This document shows positions 12,799 to 23,100 of a stretch of DNA of 64,000 nucleotides, one piece after another (the first letter of the stretch is position 1; the number at the start of each line of letters is the position of its first letter). The notes beneath the pieces were generated by a model. The model was not told the origin of the DNA, made no database searches, and saw only the letters and a program-made list of their open reading frames with translations. The stretch comes from an uncultured Actinomycetota bacterium (lineage in GTDB: Bacteria > Actinomycetota > Acidimicrobiia > Spongiisociales > UBA5794). The position numbers were made by a program, and so were the translations under genes. The stretch is taken from positions 25 to 64,024 of the forward strand of contig CAWEEG010000030.1 in the NCBI GenBank assembly GCA_963808015.1, in the 5' to 3' direction.

Positions 12799-13250
12799 TT
12801 GGGAATGCCGGCGCTCGCCATCTGGTCGCCGGAGGACGAGGTTCTCGGCGCCGTCGCCCCTCTTGCGCTGGGCGCGGCCGCCGGCACGGCGCTCGTGGTT
12901 GATCTGGATCCCGACGGCCCGCAGTATCGCGGGGACGTCTCCCTGGCGAGCCTCGTCGTCGACGGCCCGGCCAAGGCCGACCTCTCACCTCAGCGACGTG
13001 GCGTTGCGGTCGTTCGTAACGGCGGTATTGATCCTCAGGATGCCGAGGCGGTTCTTCACGCCCTCGTTGATGGTTGGCCTGCAGTGGTGTTCCGACTCCC
13101 CGCGGGCCACATCGCCGACGGGAGCGCGATCCCGGTCCTGCCGCTGGTCCCCGGTTCGCTGTTCCGCCGATTCCCCGGACCGGCCGTCTATCAGCGTTCG
13201 GCGTGGAGGGTCGAGACCCCGTCGAATGCCCTTGTGCTGCCTCAGGCCCG
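12799..13250 (+). CDS. Tad-locus CpaE/TadZ-like protein with a degenerate P-loop (LALGAAAGTALVVDLDP); runs in-frame into tadA with no visible stop
   Basis: MinD/ParA-like N-terminal topology with the Walker A lysine lost. Position upstream of tadA is as in actinobacterial tad loci. The 3' end is not defined: low-complexity out-of-frame-looking segment at 13250-13340. Confidence 0.45.
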
Positions 13251-13341
13251 GTTCCGGGACCATCGGTGCCCTTCTCGCCGGTCGCGCCCCCCTTGCGGGA
13301 GACCGCTGGATCCGAGCTTGGCGACGAGTGTGGAGGAACGC

Positions 13342-14403
13342 ATGGGTGTGACCGATCGAATCGTCCGGCGCCTCCTCGAGTCCGACGTCCCGCTCGAACG
13401 AGGGGCGTTGACGGCCGCCGCTTCGGTGCTGATTCCCGAAGTGGCGCCACTTGCCGGCACGGATGAGATCACTGATGCAGTCGACGCTCTGGCAGGTCTT
13501 GGACCGGTAGAGCGCCTCCTGCGTGACCCCGAGATCACGGACGTGCTGGTGAACGGCCCCAAGGAGGTGTGGGTTGAGCGCCACGGCAGGCTCGAGCGGA
13601 GCGAGGTTGCCTTCGTCGACGACCGGGCGATTGTTGCCGCCGTCGAGCGAGTCATCGCTCCACTCGGGCTTCGAATCGACCGGGCCAGTCCAGCGGTTGA
13701 CGCCCGTCTCGCAGATGGGTCCCGGCTCCACGCCGTGATCCCTCCTGCATCCGTTGACGGCCCAATCGTCGCGGTACGCCGATTCTCCGAGGCGGTGACG
13801 GATCTCGAGGTCCTCGTTGAGCACGGCGGTATCTCAAGCAGCGGAGCCGAGCTACTGCGAACGGCGGTCTTGGACCGGTTGAACTTGCTGATCGCCGGCG
13901 GTACGGGAGCGGGAAAGACGACGCTGCTGAACGTGTTGTCGAAGGAGATCAACCCCTCCGAACGAACGGTGACGGTCGAGGACGCTGCCGAACTCCGGCT
14001 CGAGGGTCACGTCGTCCGTCTCGAAGCTCGCCCGCCCAACCCGGAAGGCGCGGGCGAGATCACCGTGCGGGCGCTGCTGCGGCACGCACTCCGTCTCCGG
14101 CCCGATCGGATTGTTGTTGGCGAGGTGCGCGGCCCTGAAGCTCTCGACATGATCCAGGCCATGAGCACAGGTCATGACGGATCGATGTCGACCATCCACG
14201 CGAACGGGCCCGAGGAGGCATTGTGGAGGCTCGAGAGTCTCGCAGCAACCGCCGACTCCGGGGCATCGATCGACACCCTCCGGCGGCAGATACTCTCGGC
14301 CGTCGATCGTGTCGTCTTCGTCACCCGCCGGCCGGAGGCACGTGTCGTCTCCTCGATCTGCGAAGTAGGCCCGGATGGGGTCGCGGAGGTCTACTCGTGT
14401 TGA
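13342..14403 (+). CDS. tadA: Tad pilus secretion ATPase TadA/CpaF
   Basis: Walker [17 protein letters not shown], Asp box, His box ([12 protein letters not shown]), [15 protein letters not shown]; intact 350-aa region. Confidence 0.9.
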   Translation: MGVTDRIVRRLLESDVPLERGALTAAASVLIPEVAPLAGTDEITDAVDALAGLGPVERLLRDPEITDVLVNGPKEVWVERHGRLERSEVAFVDDRAIVAAVERVIAPLGLRIDRASPAVDARLADGSRLHAVIPPASVDGPIVAVRRFSEAVTDLEVLVEHGGISSSGAELLRTAVLDRLNLLIAGGTGAGKTTLLNVLSKEINPSERTVTVEDAAELRLEGHVVRLEARPPNPEGAGEITVRALLRHALRLRPDRIVVGEVRGPEALDMIQAMSTGHDGSMSTIHANGPEEALWRLESLAATADSGASIDTLRRQILSAVDRVVFVTRRPEARVVSSICEVGPDGVAEVYSC

Positions 14404-15038
14404 CGGCGGTGCTCCTCGCTGCCGGTCTGGCCCTCGGCATTCATCCGGCGGTCGTTGCACTCGCAGCGCTCGCTTCCACGGAACCGAGGCTGGTACTCGC
14501 CGGTGCTGTCCGTGTGGGGATTGTCGCAGCCGTTCGCCGCCGCAAGCGCCGGATCAGCCCGGACGATGAAGCGACCTACTTTCGAGCGCTCTCGGCCGAG
14601 CTGCGGGCCGGAGCGTCCCTGCGTGTCGCCATCGGCGAAGCGCTGCACCGTGTACCGGAGCTCTCGTTGGGACCGGCCGTCCGCTACGCCGAGGCCGGCA
14701 TGCCGATGATTGAGATCGCCGACGCCGTCGAGTCGCGGTTCCCAGAGAACGGCCGGTTGGCCGCTGCCGCGTTCCGGCTCAGCGACTGGTCGGGAGCCCG
14801 GGTCGCCGACACGTTCGAGGGACTAGCAGAGCGGGCTGCCGCGTCCGCTGAGCTCGCCAGGGAACGGAAGGCGGCCACAGCCCAGGCCCGTCTCTCGGCC
14901 CTGGTGATCGGGATTGCCCCGGTCGCATTCGCAGCACTTCTTGTTCGCAACCGGGCGCGGCTCGGGACTCATGGCTCATGGAACGATCGGAGTCCTCGTG
15001 CTTGGTGCGGGCCTCGCTCTCGAACTTGTCGGGTTTGA
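14397..15038 (+). CDS. tadB: Tad pilus inner-membrane protein TadB (T2SS-F family); probable 3' frameshift
   Basis: GTG 14397 overlaps the tadA stop. TM N-terminus [14 protein letters not shown]; T2SSF-like region ...LSALVIGIAPVAFAALLV. Confidence 0.6.
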   Translation: MLTAVLLAAGLALGIHPAVVALAALASTEPRLVLAGAVRVGIVAAVRRRKRRISPDDEATYFRALSAELRAGASLRVAIGEALHRVPELSLGPAVRYAEAGMPMIEIADAVESRFPENGRLAAAAFRLSDWSGARVADTFEGLAERAAASAELARERKAATAQARLSALVIGIAPVAFAALLVRNRARLGTHGSWNDRSPRAWCGPRSRTCRV

Positions 15039-15075
15039 TCGTTGTCGCGATGATCATGCGGAGGGCCGAACAGTG

Positions 15076-15659
15076 ATGGTGGTTGCCACTCTCGGGCTCT
15101 GTCTCGGGATTTGGCTTGGGAGATGGCGGCTGGTCGCCGTCGCCGCCGGACTCTCTGCTCCTTCTCGCGGCGCCGATCGTCGGCGTTGTATGTGCTGCTC
15201 GGACTGGGCGCCTGGATGCTCGCCCGCCGTGTACTGCGGCCGAGAACACCGAAGAGAATGACGAGGCTCTGCTGGCCGAGCTCGCCGCGTTGGGTCTCAC
15301 CGCCGGCCTCACGTTCCCTGCGGCAGTCGAAGCGGCGACCGCCGCGGTCCCCGGCGACGAATCTGTTCGCCTGCGCCGGGCAGTCCGACTTCACGGCGGA
15401 ACCCGGGAGCGTGCCATCCGAAGACCCCGGGTTGTTCGTCGTGGCTCGCCGTGCGCTGGCAACAGGAGCACCGCTCGCTCCTGCTGTATCCGGCTATGCG
15501 ACAGCCCTCCGCAACGAGGAGCGGTCGCGTCAACTCACCGCCGCTCGCCGCCTTCCGGTGAAGCTGCTCTTCCCCCTCGCCCTCTTGATCCTTCCCGGCT
15601 TCCTGCTGCTCACGGTCGGTCCCGCAGTGCTCGGAAGCCTCGAGCGACTTGGTCTGTGA
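15076..15659 (+). CDS. tadC: Tad pilus inner-membrane protein TadC (T2SS-F family), 2 frameshifts; start uncertain (14974-15090)
   Basis: C-terminal T2SSF signature ...RRLPVKLLFPLALLILPGFLLLTVGPAVLGSLERLGL*. Pieces in frames 14914.., 15083.. and 15111..15659. Confidence 0.6.
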
Positions 15660-15704
15660 CTTCCCACCGCCCCGGCCGGACGCCGGACATTGAAAGGAAC
15701 CACC

Positions 15705-15890
15705 ATGCGCCACATCGCCTCCGAGGAACGCGGTCAAGCCACAGCCGAGTACGCGCTCGTGATCGTCGCTGCCGCCGCTATCGCACTCGCCCTGATCATC
15801 TGGGCGACATCAACCGACCTGCTGCCGTCGTTCTTCACAACGGTGCTGAACAAGGTCACGTCAGTGGCCAAGGGAGCGCCGATCGGGTGA
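15705..15890 (+). CDS. flp: Flp-family type IVb pilin
   Basis: 61 aa; G/XXXXEY processing motif (RGQATAEYALVIVAAAAIALALII); hydrophobic stretch; position between tadC and tadE. Confidence 0.85.
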   Translation: MRHIASEERGQATAEYALVIVAAAAIALALIIWATSTDLLPSFFTTVLNKVTSVAKGAPIG

Positions 15891-16250
15891 GCCAGAAGGG
15901 AAGCGCGGTTGTCGAGTTCGCGCTTGTTGTGCCGATGGTGCTGGCGCTCATCCTGGGCCTGGTCGAGGTTGCGTTGGTTGCTCGCACCCAACTCGAGGTG
16001 GTGAATGCCGCTCGCGAAGGCGCCCGTCAAGCGGCGGCCTCGCCGGATCCGGCGGACGCGGTCAATGCGGCGCGGAACGCCCTGGGCGGGAACGGTGCGT
16101 CGGCACGCGTCTCAGTGCGTCGGCCGGATGTTGTTGGGAGTCTCGCCGAAGTGCGGGTGACCGTGCCGTATCGCGTCGCCGCACCCCTCTTCGGCGGCGT
16201 CTCCGTCGAGATTGCGGCACGAGCTGCGATGCGCAGTCGAACGGTGAACC
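15887..16250 (+). CDS. tadE: TadE-like pseudopilin
   Basis: GSAVVEFALVVPMVLALILGLVEVALVARTQLEVVNAAREGARQAA N-terminal signature; GTG overlaps the flp stop; 3' end unclear. Confidence 0.7.
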
Positions 16251-16631
16251 TGCGAGCGAGGTTCGGCGGCCATCCTGCTGCTGGCCGTCGCCGGCCTTGT
16301 GGTGGTCTTGACGATCGGCGTCGCTGATGTTGGGCTTGCACTTGCAGCGCGTCTTCAGGCCGCCGCGGCTGCCGATGCGGCCGCGCTCGGTGCCGCTCCT
16401 GTCACGTTTCGTCCATTCGGCGCCACGGGGAGCCCGGCGACCGAAGCCGGCCGGTTGGCTGCGGCAAACGGTGCGGTGTTGACATCGTGCCGCTGCCCGA
16501 TCGATCGGAGCTGGCGATCCCGCGTGGTTGAGGTCGCGGTCGAACGCCGGGTAAGCCTGCTCGGCCTCGGATCGATCACGGTGCGTGCTTCGAGTGAAGC
16601 GGAGTTCGCACCGGCGCTGCTTCTCGAGTGA
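16229..16631 (+). CDS. Second TadE/TadG-like pseudopilin (frameshifted near the start)
   Basis: CERGSAAILLLAVAGLVVVLTIGVADVGLALAARLQAAAAADAAA matches the ERGSA...hydrophobic pseudopilin N-terminus. ATG 16229 (MRSRTVN) is in an adjacent frame. Confidence 0.55.
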
Positions 16632-16718
16632 TCCTTTGCGTACGTCTCAGGTCCTCGTTGGTCCCGGTGCTGCAGGTGCGCTCGGGGAGAGACAAGAACG
16701 AAGCCGGCGCTCGTTCGC

Positions 16719-17492
16719 TCAGCCCGCGACGTGAACGGTCACGACTCCTGAAGTTCTCGCCGGTGAATCGCCACGTGAGTAGGAGAGTGTCACCTCGAAC
16801 TTGTGAACGCCTGCTTCCAAGCCGGAGGCGTCCAGCAGGAATCGGGCGACGTCCGTTTCACCTTGATCGAGTTGGTTGTCGTGGTACAGGCTGGTCCAAT
16901 CGCGTTCGCCCGGGTACGCGATGGCGGCGCCGCTCGGTCCAGTCGCTGTCATCTCCACGTCGCCGATGGACGGCGCCATCCCGGTCCAATCCACTCCAAC
17001 CCAGGATGGCTCATCGGTGGGCACAGATCCGGCGTCGTCCGTCGAAATGGCTACATCGTCGCCGGTGTATTCGACGGTCGGAACAGTCACCTTGAAATCC
17101 TTGCTGACGTCTTTTTCGCCATCGTTCCATGTCGCAACGAGGTCGAGCTTGAAGTTCTTGGTCCCGTACGGGACATCCACGTGGATTGCGGTGAAGTCGA
17201 TCTCATCGCTTGAGAGCACATCGTTGAACATGAGGCTGGTGTGATCGCCCGTGTTGTCCGGGTATGAGATCTCGACACCGGGGGCCTTCGTTGTGGCAAC
17301 GACGCGGAATCCGGTGGCGTCCGCTGTGGAGCCCCTCCAGTTCACGACTACCCAGGCGGAACTGCCCTGGACGACGGTGGCGGTCTTCTGTGTATCGAGC
17401 TTGACCTTCGCCTCGTCCTTCGCCATGGCCGGGGCCGCCGCGCTCAGGAATGCCGCGGTGATGAGAACGAGGGTGAAGATGCGTCGTGTCAT
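16719..17492 (-). CDS. Secreted hypothetical protein (signal peptide AMA|KDE), beta-rich
   Basis: 257-aa intact ORF with a classical Sec signal; no catalytic motif recognised. Confidence 0.55.
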   Translation of the reverse strand: MTRRIFTLVLITAAFLSAAAPAMAKDEAKVKLDTQKTATVVQGSSAWVVVNWRGSTADATGFRVVATTKAPGVEISYPDNTGDHTSLMFNDVLSSDEIDFTAIHVDVPYGTKNFKLDLVATWNDGEKDVSKDFKVTVPTVEYTGDDVAISTDDAGSVPTDEPSWVGVDWTGMAPSIGDVEMTATGPSGAAIAYPGERDWTSLYHDNQLDQGETDVARFLLDASGLEAGVHKFEVTLSYSRGDSPARTSGVVTVHVAG

Positions 17493-17572
17493 GTCTACCT
17501 GATCGGCAGGTCGCCGCGATCCCTTGACTCCGTCGGGGGATCATTCGGGTGGCACACAATCGGGCTAGTCAT

Positions 17573-17880
17573 CGGCCGTCACGCAGTACTGGTCATACGC
17601 CTCGAGGACCTCGGACCGGAGCTGCGGTGATCCTTCGAGTTCGGCCCTGAAGGAGGCATATTCATCGGGGGTGATTCCTTCGGACGCGAGCCGGCTCTCG
17701 AACTCAGTGTTCATATCTCCGAGTTCGGCAAACGCCTGGCGCTGGACGTCGCACTGCCAGCGGGCTTCGAGAGCGACTTCGCTCTGGTAGGAGTCTTGTG
17801 AGCACGGGGCAGCAGCAGGATGCCGCAGACGGCCGCAACTATCGAGATTCGTCGGATTGATGACCGTTCCATATGCCCAC
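17573..17880 (-). CDS. Small lipoprotein/secreted protein, frameshifted
   Basis: MERSSIRRISIVAAVCGILLL signal in one frame continues as CSQDSYQSEVALEARWQCDVQRQAFAELGDMNTEFESRLASEGITPDEYASFRAELEGSPQLRSEVLEAYDQYCVTADD* in the +1 frame. Confidence 0.4.
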
Positions 17881-18054
17881 TATCGGCGCGGGAATCGCCG
17901 GGCTTGACCAGCGAGTTGAGGGCCGGATACCGCTGAAGGCACCGAGATCCGATGCCGAAGACTATTGAACGGGCAAGCAACTCAAGACTGATGCCGACTG
18001 CGGTCCACCGATGCCCGGGGGTCGCGGCCGCGCGTCGAGGAGTGACGGATCGAG

Positions 18055-19116
18055 ATGCAGGATCTCACAGAAGCCTATCGGCGGGGTGTTGAACCCTTGC
18101 TCGATGGCCTTCGCTCCGCGCTGCCGGATGTCCAGAACGGGAACGACGAAGCGATTGCCACAGCACGCGGACTCAGCCACCAACTCAAGGGTTCGGGAAC
18201 CAGCTTCGGTCACCCCGAGATCACGGCTCTCGCTGCAGTTGCGCTCGACACCACTGACTCTGACCTCGCTGAGGCGCTCGATCCTCTCATTGCCGCTCTT
18301 GAGGACGTCGTGGGCACCGGCCGGCCGCAGCAGCGGATCGTTGTCGTCGACGACGACCCACTGATTCAGATGATTGTCGCCAAGACGCTCGACAACGACC
18401 GTCGACAGTTTGTCATGGCTGGTTCCATTGAAGAGGCGCGAGCATCGATCGACGCGACGATCGACCTCGTGCTGTTGGATCTGCTTCTCCCAGACGGCGA
18501 CGGTCGGCAGTTGCTTGGACACGTCTTGGCGAATCCCGAGACAGCGCGTATTCCGGTTGTGATGCTCTCCGGTTCCGGGAGCGAGCCGGTTCGGCTGGCC
18601 GCGATGGATGCAGGAGCCACCGCATTCGTCGAGAAGCCGTTTCAGCCGCTGGCCTTGTCCGGCCTTGTGGACGAACTACTCGAGCCTCCCAAGAACACGG
18701 CGCCCGACCCGCAGGCACCTCTGTCGACGCCCGATGAGGACGCTGCGAAGGTCACCGTGCTTCTCGCCGAGGACGACGAATTGGTGGCGGCGTTGGTGTC
18801 CGACCGGCTTGCTCGCGACGGCTACACGATTCGACATGAGGTCGATGGTGAGAGCGCTCTTTTCGACGCGCTGCAATCACCACCAGATGTGGCGATTCTT
18901 GATGTGATGATGCCGAAGATGAACGGGTTCGAAGTGCTCGGGCGGCTCCGATCGTCTCCGCAGACGGCAGAGTTGCCAATCATCATGCTGACCGGCCGTG
19001 GCCGCGAAGAGGATGTGGTACGAGGGTTCGATCTCGGCGCCACCGACTACATCGTGAAGCCGTTCTCACCGGCCGAGCTCGCAGTTCGGGTGCGGCGACA
19101 CACCAGCGCGTCATGA
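18055..19116 (+). CDS. Phosphorelay protein: N-terminal Hpt domain plus two receiver (REC) domains
   Basis: Hpt motif HQLKGSGTSFG. REC1 (VVVDDDP...LLDLLLPDGDG...MLSGSG...EKPF). REC2 (LLAEDDE...AILDVMMPKMNGF...MLTGRG...VKPF). No DNA-binding output domain. Confidence 0.8.
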   Translation: MQDLTEAYRRGVEPLLDGLRSALPDVQNGNDEAIATARGLSHQLKGSGTSFGHPEITALAAVALDTTDSDLAEALDPLIAALEDVVGTGRPQQRIVVVDDDPLIQMIVAKTLDNDRRQFVMAGSIEEARASIDATIDLVLLDLLLPDGDGRQLLGHVLANPETARIPVVMLSGSGSEPVRLAAMDAGATAFVEKPFQPLALSGLVDELLEPPKNTAPDPQAPLSTPDEDAAKVTVLLAEDDELVAALVSDRLARDGYTIRHEVDGESALFDALQSPPDVAILDVMMPKMNGFEVLGRLRSSPQTAELPIIMLTGRGREEDVVRGFDLGATDYIVKPFSPAELAVRVRRHTSAS

Positions 19117-20135
19117 GCGGACTCGTCCTCGCGATCGCCGGGCTCGCTTTCATCAACTTGACATTCGCAGCCGTCGTCGTTCTGCTGCGGATTCGCAACG
19201 TCCGGCGCGTCGCGAGGATCGCCGAGCGACGCCGACGATGGTACCCACGAGTCATCGGGCTGATATCCGACGATTCCGATACCCAAGGCCTCAGTGAACT
19301 CGTTGCCCCGAGCGAGCAAGAGGACGTGGTCGAGATTTGCTGGGACGTCGCTCGGCGACTCCGCGGAAGCGATCGCTCTCGTATTCAACGGTTTGCCGCG
19401 CCTCTTCTCGACGTGACGACGCCCGACCTGGAAGCGAGGCGCCCAGAAACTCGAGCACGGGCGCTGCAGATCGTCAGTTGCCTCGGGGGACGCGTCTACG
19501 AGCCGGCCATCGTTGGGTTCCTGGATGATCCGTCGCCCCTGGTATCCGTGGTGGCTGCTCGCGCACTGTGCCAGCCAAATCGAGCGGAGTGGATTCGAGA
19601 GGTTCTCGATCGCCTCGTCCGGTATGAAGCCTGGAGCCCGGCCCTCACAGCGTCGATGCTCGCGACCGTCGGCACAGGGGCTGCTCCCGATATGAGACAG
19701 TATCTCGGTGATCGCCGGCGGCCCGCGTTTGCTCGAGCGGCCGTTGCCCGTTCTCTCACCCTCCTCAAGGATGTGGAATCTGCGGAGGTGGCTGCCGCCC
19801 AGATGACGAGCGGTGACCCGGAACTCATCACCGCTTGCCTTCATCTCCTCGCCGCGATCGGCTCTGAAGCGCAGGCTGATGCGGTGCGACCGCTCATCGA
19901 CGACGATCGATTCTTCGTCCGAGCGGCCGCCATCTCCGTACTCGGCAAACTCGGCACGCCGGAAGACGCACAGACAATCGTTGCCGCAATCGAACCGGAC
20001 TCCCCTTGGATCGCCATTCGCGCATCCCATGCTCTTGCCGACCTGCACGCCTCGAACGAGTTGGCCGCGCTCGTTGAAGCTGGTGGGTTGCCGGCCGAAG
20101 CTGCGATCGAGACGCTCTACGGGGGCGCCGCGTGA
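19113..20135 (+). CDS. Membrane-anchored HEAT/PBS-lyase-repeat protein
   Basis: N-terminal TM helix (LVLAIAGLAFINLTFAAVVVLL) followed by repeated helical xxVRxxAxxALGxLG modules. ATGA overlap with the upstream gene and overlap with the downstream GT2 indicate an operon. Confidence 0.6.
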   Translation: MSGLVLAIAGLAFINLTFAAVVVLLRIRNVRRVARIAERRRRWYPRVIGLISDDSDTQGLSELVAPSEQEDVVEICWDVARRLRGSDRSRIQRFAAPLLDVTTPDLEARRPETRARALQIVSCLGGRVYEPAIVGFLDDPSPLVSVVAARALCQPNRAEWIREVLDRLVRYEAWSPALTASMLATVGTGAAPDMRQYLGDRRRPAFARAAVARSLTLLKDVESAEVAAAQMTSGDPELITACLHLLAAIGSEAQADAVRPLIDDDRFFVRAAAISVLGKLGTPEDAQTIVAAIEPDSPWIAIRASHALADLHASNELAALVEAGGLPAEAAIETLYGGAA

Positions 20136-21691
20136 TTGACTTTCTCACAGCGTTCAACATCTTCATCCTCGGATACTTCGCAGTTCTCAACGGTACGTAT
20201 CTGACCCTGAGCCTCACAGCGTTCCGCAGCTTGAGGCGGTACCTCGACAGACTCGAGTCGCTTCAGATCGACGACCTCCTTTCATCGAGCGGCGGTCTGC
20301 CGATCTCGCTTGTGGTGCCGGCGTTCAATGAAGCAGCAACGATCGTTGCTTCTCTTCGATCACTGTTGACCCTCCAATACGCGGACTATGAGATTGTTGT
20401 TGTGAACGATGGATCGACTGATCGGACGCTTGCCGTTCTGCTCGACGCGTTCGACCTCGAACCAGTCGTGAGGGTGCCTACGAGCGACATTTCCTCGGCC
20501 GCGGTGCACGCGGTCTACCAGGGTGTCCAGCATCAGAACCTGGTCGTTGTCGACAAGGCGAACGGCGGGAAGGCCGATGCTCTCAACGTTGGCTTGAACT
20601 ACTCGCGAAGTGCGCTTTTCTGCGCAATGGATGCCGACACGATCCTGGAGCCCGATGCCCTTGCTCGTGTTGTGCGGCCGTTCTTGGAGGAGTCCTCGAC
20701 GGTTGCGGTCGGCGGCATCGTGCGGATCGCGAACGGTTGCACCATTGACGCCGGTGCTGTTGACGACGTCAGACTGCCGAACTCGATCCTGGTTCGATTC
20801 CAGGTTCTCGAGTATCTGCGGTCGTTCCTGTCGGCGCGGGTGGGTTGGAACACAATCGGTGCCACGCTCATCATCTCGGGAGCGTTCGGTGCCTTCCGGC
20901 GTTCCGTGGTGGCAGACGCCGGCGGTTTCGACACGAGCACCGTCGGCGAGGACATGGAACTCATCGTTCGACTCCACCGGCACTGTCGCGATCTTGGACG
21001 ACCGTATCGAATCGAATTCATCCCCGATCCCGTTGCTTGGACGGAAGCTCCCGAGAGTGTTCGTCAGCTCGGGCGGCAACGCGACCGCTGGCAGAGGGGT
21101 TTGGCACAGGTCATCAGCCGGCACCGTCGAATGGTCATGAATCCGAAGTACGGGGTCACAGGACTCGTTGCCCTTCCGTACTACGTCGTGTTTGAACTTC
21201 TTGGTCCGTTGGTCGAGTTGCTGGGTTACGCCGCATTTGCTGTGGCGCTCATCACCGGTCAGGCCTCAGTCGCCTACACCGTGGCGTTCCTTGCTGTGGC
21301 GGTGTTTCTCGGTTCGGCAATCTCGGTTTCCGCGGTCGCACTCGAGGAGATCTCATTCCGGAGGTACCGGCGTTTCGAGGACCTCCTGGCACTCCTCGGT
21401 ATCGCCCTCGTCGAGAACTTCGGTTACCGGCAGATGTCGACATGGTGGCGGTTGCGCGGCCTTGTGTCGGCGACGCGAAGCGATCTGCGGTGGGGGGCCA
21501 TGGAACGCCGAGGTCTCGAGCGAACCGAGGACAAGGCGCCGGATCTAAGAGGAGAGACGACATCTGCCGCGTGGCATGAGGGTTCAGCCCAGCCGGCGGA
21601 GTCGGAGAGCGGACTCGTCGATGCGGAACAGGAAACAGGTTGGATCCATATGCGAGGCGAGAGCGGCACTGATATTGGAATCTTGCCGTAG
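20132..21691 (+). CDS. Processive family-2 glycosyltransferase (PgaC/IcaA/NodC-like synthase)
   Basis: Two N-terminal TM helices; DXD (NDGSTD, MDADT); GKADALN; QRDRWQRG (QxxRW); C-terminal TM bundle and acidic tail. Confidence 0.85.
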   Translation: MIDFLTAFNIFILGYFAVLNGTYLTLSLTAFRSLRRYLDRLESLQIDDLLSSSGGLPISLVVPAFNEAATIVASLRSLLTLQYADYEIVVVNDGSTDRTLAVLLDAFDLEPVVRVPTSDISSAAVHAVYQGVQHQNLVVVDKANGGKADALNVGLNYSRSALFCAMDADTILEPDALARVVRPFLEESSTVAVGGIVRIANGCTIDAGAVDDVRLPNSILVRFQVLEYLRSFLSARVGWNTIGATLIISGAFGAFRRSVVADAGGFDTSTVGEDMELIVRLHRHCRDLGRPYRIEFIPDPVAWTEAPESVRQLGRQRDRWQRGLAQVISRHRRMVMNPKYGVTGLVALPYYVVFELLGPLVELLGYAAFAVALITGQASVAYTVAFLAVAVFLGSAISVSAVALEEISFRRYRRFEDLLALLGIALVENFGYRQMSTWWRLRGLVSATRSDLRWGAMERRGLERTEDKAPDLRGETTSAAWHEGSAQPAESESGLVDAEQETGWIHMRGESGTDIGILP

Positions 21692-21725
21692 AGGCATGTC
21701 CCGCTGAGGTCTGGCCATTCTCTGT

Positions 21726-22975
21726 CTATTCATCGTCCTCACTCAAGAGGCCGTCGTCGCCTAGATCGGCCAGGATCTCGTCGACGTCGGGAGTGAGTCT
21801 CACAACCGAGGCCTTACCTGCCCAACCGGGCGTGCCGGGGACGACGACGTTGTCGATCGACTCGGGATCGAGCGTGTGCACCGCGGCGCCGAGCTGGATG
21901 AGGTCGGTTGGTGTCAGACTCGTCCACGTGTAGTCGAGAAGCACCTTCACGATCTCCGGGGTGTCGACGATGTCGTTCATCTGAAGGAGTTGCAGTACGG
22001 CCAGCATGACCAAGCCCTGGTTGGCCGACCGGGTGAGGTCGCCGCCCGGAATCCCCTTGCGAGTTCTCGAGTATTCGAGTGCCCGCTGTGGAGAGAGTGT
22101 CTGTTCTCCGGCCGGCCATCCGTCCCACCACGCCTGGTTGGGGATCGCCCGCGGAAGGTCGATCGGGAGATAGCCGACCTGGTTCATCATGTCTTCGAAT
22201 CCTTCGAATCCAGTCACGACGTACCCCTCGACCGGCAGGCCCCAGGCTTCGACTACCTGGTCGACCATGACTTGCGGTCCGCGGCCCGACATCAGGGATG
22301 AGAACTTCATGGTGCCGTGCTTCGTCGAGACCCAACTGTCTCGCGGGAATCCGAGGATCGTGCCGGTCCCGTCAGAGGGGTTCGCCGCGAGGAGGTGAAT
22401 GCTGTCGGCGCGGTGTGTCTCCTGATTGGTTCCCACACGAGCGTCGGAGCCGATCACCATGACAAGGCGGGGCTCCTCGCCGTACCACGGAACGCCATTG
22501 GCCGGGTGCGCCCCGACGATCTGCCATCCGGTTCCCTCGTCTGCCGCGAGGAGCACGTCACCTCCCTCGGTCAGGACAACACCGACCTCTCCGCCTTCAA
22601 CCTCTGCTGTGGTGCCGGTGACTTCGAGATCATCGGTCGTCGCGATCGGGTGGTCCGCGAGGTGAGCTTCGAGTCCTTCCGGAATCTCAGGCGGCTTGTT
22701 GCGATCATCGATCTGCCACGAAAGGAGCGACGCCACGACGGCAAGGAGCTCGTCCGGGAGCTCGCCTTCGACCCGAACGCTGCATGACCGGTGCCGTTGT
22801 GGAGGTTGTGGAACTCGACGTGGTGGTCGAGCGGCTGTGTTGTGGTCGTGGTCGGCAGCGTCGTCACCGTCGTTTCGGCGACGCTCGGAGAGCATGACGC
22901 CGCGACGAGGCCGGTGACCACGAAGAGGCTCAGGGTGAGAAGGAGTCGTCGCACGGTCGAGGATCGTACGCCCAT
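21726..22975 (-). CDS. LytR-CpsA-Psr (LCP) family cell-wall glycopolymer ligase, 1 frameshift
   Basis: N-terminal TM anchor MGVRSSTVRRLLLTLSLFVVTGLVAA in frame 22571..22975, then the LCP core (GSDARVGTNQETHRADSIHLL...FPRDSWV) in the 21726.. frame. Confidence 0.75.
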
Positions 22976-23100
22976 TGTCGAATTGTGTGGTGTATCTCCC
23001 CACGTTGCGGGGTTTGGGCGCTCCCAGCCGGTTCGGCAATCGGGACGCTCCTCGACGAATCTATAATCCGGGACTCCAATTGCCGATCTTGGGAGTTTCT

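Noticed and set aside
12799-14403. 534-aa CpaE-TadA fusion protein as annotated by the ORF track
   Set aside because: The 13250-13340 segment is low-complexity and likely hides an indel. Treated as two genes, although a real fusion cannot be excluded.
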